DNA from: Armatimonadota bacterium
GTDB lineage: Bacteria > Armatimonadota > UBA5829 > JAUSEB01
Direction of reading: 5' to 3'
DNA length: 64,000 bases
NCBI GenBank assembly: GCA_030649165.1
Contig: JAUSGG010000025.1
Coordinates: forward strand, 3,967 to 67,966
Positions within the stretch are counted from its first letter, which is position 1, and each line of letters begins with the position of its first letter. Positions 30,659-38,501 of this stretch are shown piece by piece. The position numbers and the translations under genes are program-made. The notes below the pieces were generated by a model that was not told where the DNA came from, did not search any database, and was given only the letters and a program-made list of their open reading frames with translations.

Positions 30659-31693
30659 TCACGCCGGGTCTTGCGCGGGCGGGAGAACAGATTTGGGTTC
30701 CGAGAAGAAGGCTTCCTCTAACGTGATTGCACGTGGGGCACGTGCCAAGCGGCTGTCGCGCGTCAATGTGTACTCGCACGAGCCACCAATAGTGCCGTCG
30801 TCCCGCCGCCACATGAAGTCTGGCTTCAGCGAATAGAGGTGGCGCGTGGCCACATCGGCTGTGTTCGTGTTGAGTTCCGAAACCTTGGAACAGTTCGCGT
30901 AAAGAACCTTGGGCAAGAGCTTGTCGCTAATGAACAGTGCCAGATCGGTGTTCAAAGGCATCATGATCTGAGGCCGACACTGAAGCCGACTGCCGGATGG
31001 CCTTCGTGGTATCTCGACTGTGGGGAATATGGCTACTGGATTGTCCGAGCAGATGAAGTATCCCGCTCCATCCCGTTTGACGACTAAAGACCAGTTGAGC
31101 ACGGATAGATCGCGAGCAAATGGTTCGAAATGATCCAAAAAGTCGAGGATCAGCCTGTTTTGCGGAACATCTATGCGGTAATTATCCCTGTCAACGAAAC
31201 GCTTCATCTGCTCATAGGTCACGGTGGTTGACTCAACGAAGCCATTCCTGCGCGCCTGTTCGAGGGTGTTCTCCCATTCCTCACGTGTAGCCACCTTTGA
31301 CCTAAGGTATCTCTTCGAATCCAGTTCATTGTAGGTGGTCAACTTCTGGCGGAAGTGAAGTGTCCTCCCAGCCTGGCCTGCGACGAAGTAGATCAGGTTG
31401 ACGAAATCGTCTCCCTCCGGCAGGGTGTGATTCTGAGCCATTCTCCTAATAATGGGTGCCGCGTTGCTTTCGATCTGCCCCAGCAGGTCTTCTACGATAT
31501 TCTGGTCGATGCCCGGCGCATTTATTCGGTTGAAATCTTTGCGAACTGCTTCATTGACTGGCGTACCGATCCTGGAACATCCATCATCTTGGAGGTCGAA
31601 CACCCAGAATTTGCCATACTTATCCCCCGTGTCGGTGAACCCACCTAAGTAGAATTGCGATACGAAATGATTGCGGCGCGCTTGTTTAGCCAT
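30659..31693 (-). CDS. DUF4238 domain protein
   Basis: 344 aa. N-terminal RNHFVSQFYLGGF matches the DUF4238 H(H/Y)(V/I)PQFYL+GF signature. Local GC ~50% against a ~65% background. Confidence 0.65.
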   Translation of the reverse strand: MAKQARRNHFVSQFYLGGFTDTGDKYGKFWVFDLQDDGCSRIGTPVNEAVRKDFNRINAPGIDQNIVEDLLGQIESNAAPIIRRMAQNHTLPEGDDFVNLIYFVAGQAGRTLHFRQKLTTYNELDSKRYLRSKVATREEWENTLEQARRNGFVESTTVTYEQMKRFVDRDNYRIDVPQNRLILDFLDHFEPFARDLSVLNWSLVVKRDGAGYFICSDNPVAIFPTVEIPRRPSGSRLQCRPQIMMPLNTDLALFISDKLLPKVLYANCSKVSELNTNTADVATRHLYSLKPDFMWRRDDGTIGGSCEYTLTRDSRLARAPRAITLEEAFFSEPKSVLPPAQDPA

Positions 31694-31708
31694 AATCTCC
31701 GTCGCTGT

Positions 31709-32362
31709 TCAGGCCGAAGATCCCATATCTTTCACGTACCTCTCAATGAGCTCGCCCAAGTGCGGTGCCCTTTTCGCGACTTGGAGACATACGTCTCTCA
31801 AGTTGTCTTTGATGATCTGGTGGTTCTCAGGCGACACACCCGGATCCAACGTCTTCTGCCAATAAAAGCGGGACTCTGCGATCTGCTCATTTAGAAAACC
31901 CACTTGCACTTTAATCTCCGCCAACAGACTCTGAGTAGCATGCCCCAGCATCGCGAGATGTCCCAATTGCGAATCCAGGTACGGCGTGTTGAGGCTCCTC
32001 AAGGAAAGCGCGCGCCGTTCGGCGTCCTCATCGCGTTGCATTAGAACGGTGAGTTCCGCGTCGGGGTACGCGAGCAATGCGCCGATGGCTTTGCTTTGCT
32101 CTTTGTCTGCGTTCGGGCCGTCGTATGCATCAAAGACCGACTTAACCCACTCTAGAAGCGGCCTGTTCGGAGCACCAAAGCGTTTAGCGATATGATATGT
32201 GGTTGCCGCAAGCTTGGCCTGGAGTGCCCGAAGTTCTGCACCTATGGCAGGCTTCACTTCAGCAATCTCTCGACGCCTTCGTATCCCGTCGACAATGATG
32301 GGAGAGAGTACGCCCAGCAGCCATCCCAAGAAGAGGAACAGAACGCTCGGAACCTCGCTCAT
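31709..32362 (-). CDS. hypothetical protein with single N-terminal TM helix
   Basis: Start at MSEVPSVLFLFLGWLLGVLSPIIV, preceded by AGGTGAAGGTGCT. The track's 290-aa version extends into the intergenic hairpin repeat. 15 nt upstream of the DUF4238 gene. Confidence 0.55.
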   Translation of the reverse strand: MSEVPSVLFLFLGWLLGVLSPIIVDGIRRRREIAEVKPAIGAELRALQAKLAATTYHIAKRFGAPNRPLLEWVKSVFDAYDGPNADKEQSKAIGALLAYPDAELTVLMQRDEDAERRALSLRSLNTPYLDSQLGHLAMLGHATQSLLAEIKVQVGFLNEQIAESRFYWQKTLDPGVSPENHQIIKDNLRDVCLQVAKRAPHLGELIERYVKDMGSSA

Positions 32363-32552
32363 AGCACCTTCACCTCGCGCATTCACGAACTTCGGCTTCG
32401 AAGAACAAGCCGAAGCAGCGCGTGCCGACATTATAGCAGAAAGCTGGCCGTGCGGGATCTTCAACCCAGCACGCCTCTTCGCGGGGTTTCGGGGACGGCG
32501 GGTGCGCCAGGATGGGGACGGGGTTACCGTCTGCAGCTCATCACAGGCAAGT

Positions 32553-33659
32553 CTAGAACCGCTCGTCCGGCAGCACGCCATAGTTCCCGACCGCTCTCAC
32601 GATATCTGTCATCAGTTCAGCCGGAAATGAATGTCTCGGGTAAGTTGATGCCACGAACATGCTTTGCCCGCGGGGACTCTCTTGCACAGTGTAGTAATGA
32701 TAGGAATAGTTGGTTACGAACACGGCATTGAAACAGTCGGGCTGATGGGGCGTCGGTTCGCCGAATCGCTTCATCATGGCAGCCATGTCCACCCACCAAG
32801 ATACGTCGAAATCGCCAGGATCGCCAGGCGGAGCATTCAGATCGATGAAGACGGCTGCCGGAAGATCAGGTGGCAACTGCTCCAATGCCTGCTCAAGAAG
32901 GTCACCCGCCTCCTTTGTCGTGGCTTTCACTGCTGACGCAGTAACGGGCTGGTGCAGAACGCCACTCCGATGACGGCTCTTCGCCTCCACGGCGATCCGA
33001 GGTCCCGTTGGCCCATGAGTCGCCACGAACTCGGGGCGCCTGCCCTGCTGGTTCTTTCGTGGATAGTCCAATCTCCACTGGAGGCGGCAGAACATGGCTG
33101 CTACGGCCATCTCATACCTGGCTCCTTGAAAGCCGTCCCACTGCCTCAGACGGTTCAACGTACGCCGGGACAAACACTTAGTGTTTAGCAGTTGGTAGAC
33201 GTCGTAGCCAAGGGCCATCATTGATTGGGCCTCCCCACTGGGGGCAATACGCCAACCTCCAGGACACTCGTTTTCTTCCGTCGCCGACTGTTTGATCCAC
33301 TCGGAAGTGGCACGCCACCATTTGATAATCTGATGCTGGTCCTGCGGTGGTTTCTTCAACTCCGAGTTGCGCCAAGGTTTGCCGAGCGTTCGGAGGAGAA
33401 GCCAGAACAAGAATTCGTGAAAGGTTTCCGACAGCGGACGCGGATATATCTTGAGACCAACCGCACGGTAACGATGCCTGCTGTCAGCACAATCAATCTT
33501 AGGGCGACCTTGAGGATTCCTCTGGCCAGGTGCGTGGAGGGGAAGCACTGGCCATCTTTCCAGCGCTGCGTCGATTTCAGCTATCTTCTCGTGACAGCAC
33601 TCGTCGTAAAGTCGTCCACTGCCGCATGGGCATGGCCTACCTCGATGTGTCTCGGACAT
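32553..33659 (-). CDS. SEC-C motif protein with uncharacterised C-terminal domain (possible PD-(D/E)xK-like)
   Basis: N-terminal RPCPCGSGRLYDECC is a SEC-C metal-binding motif. The region RLDYP...PEF...RIAVEAKSRH could be a D...ExK nuclease motif (speculative). Confidence 0.6.
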   Translation of the reverse strand: MSETHRGRPCPCGSGRLYDECCHEKIAEIDAALERWPVLPLHAPGQRNPQGRPKIDCADSRHRYRAVGLKIYPRPLSETFHEFLFWLLLRTLGKPWRNSELKKPPQDQHQIIKWWRATSEWIKQSATEENECPGGWRIAPSGEAQSMMALGYDVYQLLNTKCLSRRTLNRLRQWDGFQGARYEMAVAAMFCRLQWRLDYPRKNQQGRRPEFVATHGPTGPRIAVEAKSRHRSGVLHQPVTASAVKATTKEAGDLLEQALEQLPPDLPAAVFIDLNAPPGDPGDFDVSWWVDMAAMMKRFGEPTPHQPDCFNAVFVTNYSYHYYTVQESPRGQSMFVASTYPRHSFPAELMTDIVRAVGNYGVLPDERF

Positions 33660-33857
33660 AGTCGATCACCAACGGCCAGGGCACCAAGAACCCCGTGCCA
33701 ACAACTCGTTGGCGATAGTATACCACACGCGCCAATGAGAACCGGCCCCATTTCGTGCTTTCCCAGCTTTCGTGTTATTCGTGATAATCCGCTATCCGCG
33801 TCTATCCGTGTCCATCTGTGGCTTTCCCTGAACCCCACTTCTTGCGATAAAGAAGTC

Positions 33858-33965
33858 CTAAAACTCCGGCGGCAATCCCCGTATCTGCGCGTAGGAAAAC
33901 ACCGGCCCGTCCACGCACACGAACAGATGCCCGATGTTCCACCGCCCGCACTTAACGATTCCGCT
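33858..33965 (-). pseudogene. duplicated 3'-terminal fragment of the flxA/asrB-like gene
   Basis: Encodes MSGIVKCGRWNIGHLFVCVDGPVFSYAQIRGLPPEF*. The last 30 aa are identical to the C-terminus of 37638-38501. DNA is ~88% identical to 37640-37745. Confidence 0.7.
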
Positions 33966-35170
33966 CATAGCTCCGAAAACGGAAGCGTTGTAACGCCCGG
34001 CGCCAGCGGCAGTCTGATGGAACCGGGGTGAATAACGTATCCGGGCCCGGCCCGGTCGCCGAAGTCGTCACGGAACGTCTTTATCGCAGACGCCATAGCG
34101 GGCCTTGGCGTCGCGGAGAGCTTCACCTCGATCGGCACGAGCCCGTCGGGGGTCTCCACGACGAAATCGACCTCCAGCCCGGCTGAAGTGCGCCAGAAGT
34201 AGATGCGAGGTTGTTCCCCCCTGTGGACGGCGGCCTTTGTCAGCTCTGACAAGACCGCGGTCTCCAGAATCGCGCCGCCCATCGGGCCGGAAGCAGCGTG
34301 GTCGGGGTCTTTCAACCCGGTCAGATAGCACAGGATGCCCACGTCCGTAAAGTAGACTTTCGGCGTTTTGACCAGGCGTTTCCCTACGTTGGCGAAGTAC
34401 GGGCGCAGGATCACGATCTGGAACGTTGCTTCCAGGACCGACAGCCAGTTCTTCACTGTGTTGACCGCCACGCCCAGGTCTCGGGACAGGTCGTGGAGGT
34501 TGAGGAGTTGGCCACTTCGCGCCGCCAATGCCCCGAGGAACGCCTGGAACTGGGTCAGATCGCCGACTTGTCTGAGTCCGCGAACGTCCCGCTCCAGATA
34601 CGTCTGTACATACGCCGAATGCCACAGACCGGCGTCGAGGTCCGGGTTGGCGACAAGCTCAGGGTATCCGCCTCGCAGGAAGCTCTCCCACAAAGCGGCG
34701 GCGCCGGCCTTCACGCCAACGGCGGACTCAGCGAACAGGGGCCTTTGAGGATCTCCGGCCGCCTCGCGGCGAGAGAGCGGAAGGAGCCGGAGGACCGCGG
34801 TTCTGCCCGCCAGGGTCTGCGTAACCGTATGGATCATCAGCAGGTTCTGAGAGCCGGTCAGGATATACTGGCCCGGCTGGTCGCGGTGATCGTCGATCCG
34901 CTCCTTGACGTAGGACAGCAGGTCCGGGGCGTTCTGAACCTCGTCAAAGATAGCGGGCGGCGGATAGGCCGCCAGGAAACCGCGCGGGTCCCCGGCCGCA
35001 AACGAGCGCGCGTCCATGGTCTCCAGGGACACGTACTTGTGCGTCTCGCCGAACAGGCGCTTGAGCAGCGTGGTCTTACCCGACTGGCGCGGCCCCGTGA
35101 GAGTTATCGCCGGGAACTGGCTCGCCGCCCGCCGGATGACGGGCTCCAAAGTGCGCTCTATATAAGCCAT
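33965..35170 (-). CDS. AAA+ ATPase (AAA_14 + DUF4143 family)
   Basis: Walker A TGPRQSGKTTLLKRL. Typical AAA_14/DUF4143 architecture. Its stop overlaps the ATG of the flxA remnant. Confidence 0.85.
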   Translation of the reverse strand: MAYIERTLEPVIRRAASQFPAITLTGPRQSGKTTLLKRLFGETHKYVSLETMDARSFAAGDPRGFLAAYPPPAIFDEVQNAPDLLSYVKERIDDHRDQPGQYILTGSQNLLMIHTVTQTLAGRTAVLRLLPLSRREAAGDPQRPLFAESAVGVKAGAAALWESFLRGGYPELVANPDLDAGLWHSAYVQTYLERDVRGLRQVGDLTQFQAFLGALAARSGQLLNLHDLSRDLGVAVNTVKNWLSVLEATFQIVILRPYFANVGKRLVKTPKVYFTDVGILCYLTGLKDPDHAASGPMGGAILETAVLSELTKAAVHRGEQPRIYFWRTSAGLEVDFVVETPDGLVPIEVKLSATPRPAMASAIKTFRDDFGDRAGPGYVIHPGSIRLPLAPGVTTLPFSEL

Positions 35171-35349
35171 CGGACGCTCCGTGATTGCATATGTGCATTA
35201 GCATTATCGGACATTGTGCATTTATAATGCATGATTGCAGGTGAAATGTCAAGCGCCCAAGGCGGCATCGCCTTGCACATTTGCGTTTGCAGTGCAGATA
35301 TTATGCATTTGAAATGCATGATTGCAATCGGTATGTTGAGTGGAGGAGC
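35171..35349. promoter_or_regulatory. AT-rich region with three near-palindromic TGCA-N4-TGCA operator-like sites
   Basis: TGATTGCATATGTGCA (35182-35197), AATGCATGATTGCA (35226-35239) and AATGCATGATTGCA (35313-35326). GC ~40%. Confidence 0.4.
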
Positions 35350-35757
35350 TTAGGCGCTGTCGTCGAAGCCAAGATAGCGGGCTGCCCAGCGAACAACCGC
35401 CTCAGCCAAACGAACGGCTTCTCGGTAATCCTCTTCCGTGAGTGGTTCTTCCTCGCCGGGGTAGCGGGTTGTGACGGCGTAGGCGCTTAGGCGAGCCGAA
35501 TCGTCAACTTCGGGGGAACGCGGGATGTCCGCGGGTAGCAGGTCGAGGAGTTTCTGTAGGTTGTGTGTATAGGGGAAATCGACGCCGGCCGCCACGAGTA
35601 TCGCTTTGAGGCTCTTCTCGACCGCCTGTTGGGCGTGGTAGCAAAGTGTCTCATACATGCCGTATTCGGGCAGAGGGCCGCGCGCCATAGCAAGATCGGC
35701 CCTGGCGTATTGCATCCATTGTTGAGGTGAGCCGAAAGCTGGACGTTCAGGCGGCAT
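35350..35757 (-). CDS. HEPN domain toxin-like protein
   Basis: YHAQQAVEKSLKA ... TRYPGEE is typical of HEPN. Confidence 0.8.
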   Translation of the reverse strand: MPPERPAFGSPQQWMQYARADLAMARGPLPEYGMYETLCYHAQQAVEKSLKAILVAAGVDFPYTHNLQKLLDLLPADIPRSPEVDDSARLSAYAVTTRYPGEEEPLTEEDYREAVRLAEAVVRWAARYLGFDDSA

Positions 35758-36076
35758 AGATCTCCTTGCCTTCGCGAAGGACTGCCCGGTATATGAGGCC
35801 TATCGTGTCCTTGTGTTTTTCGAGGTCCGTCGGGGTAGCGACTACGATATCGACGGCGACCGAGATGCCGGATAGGCGCTGGTAGAGGTCCATCGCCGTA
35901 TGGCGGCGGTGCGTGCCGTCCGGCATTACGACCATAACGTCGATGTCGCTGTCCGGCCCGGCCTGGCCGCGAGCAGCGGAGCCGAACAGGATGATGCGCA
36001 ACGGATGCGCGGCTTCGACGATGCGCTGAACCAATTCATCAATCTCTGCTTTGTTGGGTCGTTCCGGATAGGTCAT
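35747..36076 (-). CDS. MNT nucleotidyltransferase antitoxin-like
   Basis: LFGSAARGQAGPDSDIDVMVV. 11-nt overlap with the HEPN gene. Confidence 0.85.
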   Translation of the reverse strand: MTYPERPNKAEIDELVQRIVEAAHPLRIILFGSAARGQAGPDSDIDVMVVMPDGTHRRHTAMDLYQRLSGISVAVDIVVATPTDLEKHKDTIGLIYRAVLREGKEIYAA

Positions 36077-36384
36077 GATGTAACCCGGCGATATTATACC
36101 ACACGGGCGGGGAGGTGTTTCGCGGGGTTGGCGGATGAATATCCGCGGGAGTCAACCGGGATACATATCCCGGTGGATCGGTTTCCAGCCACATAATGCG
36201 AATGGAGACAGTGCAGTAAAGACGAGTTCTGGACTGTGGCAGTAAGGAGTTGTGCCGGCGATTGACAAAAACTGTCTCTTCTCTTATAGTTGAGGCAACC
36301 TGGAGCAGCCTTTGTCAATCGTGCAATGGTTGGCAGCATAGCCGTGGGTCCACGTACATTGCCTCCGAGGAGGAACAGGATCTG

Positions 36385-37365
36385 ATGAATTGGGTGGAAA
36401 GGGCATTGAACACAGAGAAGTTGTGGCCGGCTCGTGTAGCATCATTCATAGCAAGCATTGTCACCTCCATCGCTAGCGTGGCGGGGGTCGTTCTCGCTGT
36501 GAAGTCCACTGCGGACGCAAAGTTTTGGTACGTTGCCATTTCCTCCAGCGTGTACATACTGTGCTTGCTGGTTATAATGGGTTTCTTCATGATGGCGGCT
36601 ATGCGTGACGGACGACGGCTAGCCGAGAGAGACCTCACAATACAAATGTTGACTGAGCAGAAAGATGGTGCCGCTGCGGAACTGCAGGAGGCAGAGCAGC
36701 GTATATCAGTGTGTCGGCGATCGTTCGTCAGTATGCATGAGGTGGCCCATCTGTTTAGAGACGCAATGGCTCCCGCATTCATACACGACGGCTCCGCGAC
36801 AATAGACGACATGTACTTCGAGAGGATTCTGGACGCGCTAAAATCCGTCCTCGACCAATGGACTGGATTCGACACAGCACTCTCCATAAAGCTCTTTGTG
36901 GATGAACATAAGACTCTCAGAACGCTCTGTCGCGATGGGTTCTCAAAGCCCATCAGGGGTATGGATGATGACGAAAACACCTTCAAGGCCGACAAGAACA
37001 CGGCCTTCAACGTCATAATGAATGGAGAGCGATATTTTGCCTGCGGGGATGTGACCGTGGAGCCACACTATCTGAACGAGACGCCGAATTATGGCAAGCT
37101 CTATAGATCGACAATAGTCGTGCCGATAAAATTCTATGGGGGAGGGAAGAAGCTGCACTACGGCTTCCTGACGGCCGACTGGAAAGAGGCCGACGCCTTT
37201 GATCCGCAAACGGACCATTTACTTCTGGGTACCGTAAGTGATATGATAGTTCCACTTTTGGCCGAGTACAACAGAAGTTTAGGAATGGCCCAAAGTAGCC
37301 CAAAACCCATTAGCGCCAAAGTCGAGAATGAGGAAGAGGAGATCCTAGATGCCCGTAAAGTATGA
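36385..37365 (+). CDS. two-TM membrane protein with GAF-like cytoplasmic domain
   Basis: Start at ATG 36385 behind GAGGAGGAAC. Helices FIASIVTSIASVAGVVLAV and VAISSSVYILCLLVIMGFFMMAA. C-terminal STIVVPIKFYGGGKKLHYGFLTAD resembles the GAF ...vvPi...g.l.gvL motif. GC ~48%. Confidence 0.6.
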   Translation: MNWVERALNTEKLWPARVASFIASIVTSIASVAGVVLAVKSTADAKFWYVAISSSVYILCLLVIMGFFMMAAMRDGRRLAERDLTIQMLTEQKDGAAAELQEAEQRISVCRRSFVSMHEVAHLFRDAMAPAFIHDGSATIDDMYFERILDALKSVLDQWTGFDTALSIKLFVDEHKTLRTLCRDGFSKPIRGMDDDENTFKADKNTAFNVIMNGERYFACGDVTVEPHYLNETPNYGKLYRSTIVVPIKFYGGGKKLHYGFLTADWKEADAFDPQTDHLLLGTVSDMIVPLLAEYNRSLGMAQSSPKPISAKVENEEEEILDARKV

Positions 37366-37546
37366 GCCGCAGGTTGTGCAGTACGCAGGTGACACATACT
37401 ACGTGGTAACGCCATTGCCTCCCGGTAACGGCAAAGCGAAGTCTGGGAACGCCGGAAATGCGTCATCCGTCCGCAATTCAAAGGGCGAAAACACGCAGCG
37501 GCGTGGCAAAGGCAGCCCAGGTTCCGATTCCAAAGTGAAAACATAG
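37349..37546 (+). CDS. small basic low-complexity protein (65 aa), 17-nt overlap with upstream gene
   Basis: MPVKYEPQVVQYAGDTYYVVTPLPPGNGKAKSGNAGN... The overlap suggests translational coupling. Confidence 0.4.
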   Translation: MPVKYEPQVVQYAGDTYYVVTPLPPGNGKAKSGNAGNASSVRNSKGENTQRRGKGSPGSDSKVKT

Positions 37547-37580
37547 GCTATCTCGACCTAAGGGAAAGTGCTCCTACACG

Positions 37581-37610
37581 GTCTTCGGCTTCGCCTAACA
37601 AGCCGAAGAC
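37581..37610. terminator. hairpin (GTCTTCGGCTTCG..CAAGCCGAAGAC) between convergent genes
   Basis: Member of the GCTTCGGCTT hairpin family. Lies between the 37546 (+) end and the 37638 (-) end. Confidence 0.4.
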
Positions 37611-37637
37611 CTTCATCTACACTTCCACTATGTTCCT

Positions 37638-38501
37638 TTAGAACTCCGGCGGCAATCCCCTAATCTGCGCATACGAGAACACCGGCCCGTCCACGCACAC
37701 GAACAAGTGCCCAATGTTGCAGCGGCCGCATTTACCGACGCCGCATTTCATCTTCATCTCGAGCGTGGTGTAGATCTGCTCGTCGGTGAAGCCCAGAGTC
37801 GCAAGGTTCTGGAGGACGAACTTGATCATGATCGGCGGGCCGCAGGTGATGGCGATGGTGTTGTCCGGTTTCGGGGCCAAGTCGTTGAGGTAGGCGGGGA
37901 CGAAGCCGACGTTGTGCTGCCAGCCTTCCTCTTCCTTGTCGATGGTCAGGAAGAGGTTGGTGTTTTTGGAGTTGCGCCACGCGTCGAACTCGGTCTTGTA
38001 GCAAAGCAGGTCGGATGAGCGCGCGCCGTAGATCACGTCCACGCGGCCGTAGTCGTCCCGGTTGTCCAGGCAGAAGTTGAGCAGCGAGCGCAGCGGAGCC
38101 ATTCCGATGCCTCCCCCGATGAACAGCAAATCCTTGCCCTTCCATTCCTGATACGGGAACCAGTTGCCGAACGGGCCGCGGATGCCGACGACAGCCCCCT
38201 CGCTCATCTCGTGCAGCGCGTCGGTCAGCGAGCCGACCTTGCGCACGGAGAACTCGATGGAGCCGGGGCGTGTGGGCGTTGAGGCGAGACAGAACGTGGC
38301 CTCGCCGACGCCGAAGACGGAGACCTCCTGGAACTGGCCCGGCTTGTAGGTGAACTTCTCGCGCATTTCCTCGTCCTGGAAAACGGCGCGGAAGGTCTTG
38401 GTGTCCCAGGTCTCTTCGACGATCTCCTCGATGGTCGCCAAAAGCGGCTTGTACGGGTTCTGCTTCATCTGCTCGATGGTTGCTGGTTGGGCGCTACTCA
38501 T
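37638..38501 (-). CDS. FAD/NAD(P)-binding [2Fe-2S] oxidoreductase, FlxA / sulfhydrogenase gamma (HydG) / AsrB-like
   Basis: FNR-like fold with a C-terminal CGVGKCGRCNIG cluster motif. Confidence 0.85.
   Translation of the reverse strand: MSSAQPATIEQMKQNPYKPLLATIEEIVEETWDTKTFRAVFQDEEMREKFTYKPGQFQEVSVFGVGEATFCLASTPTRPGSIEFSVRKVGSLTDALHEMSEGAVVGIRGPFGNWFPYQEWKGKDLLFIGGGIGMAPLRSLLNFCLDNRDDYGRVDVIYGARSSDLLCYKTEFDAWRNSKNTNLFLTIDKEEEGWQHNVGFVPAYLNDLAPKPDNTIAITCGPPIMIKFVLQNLATLGFTDEQIYTTLEMKMKCGVGKCGRCNIGHLFVCVDGPVFSYAQIRGLPPEF

Noticed and set aside
33581-33838. 85-aa minus ORF and other small ORFs in the 33660-33964 gap
   Set aside because: The gap is explained by the duplicated flxA 3'-end fragment and non-coding sequence. 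The ORFs have no support.
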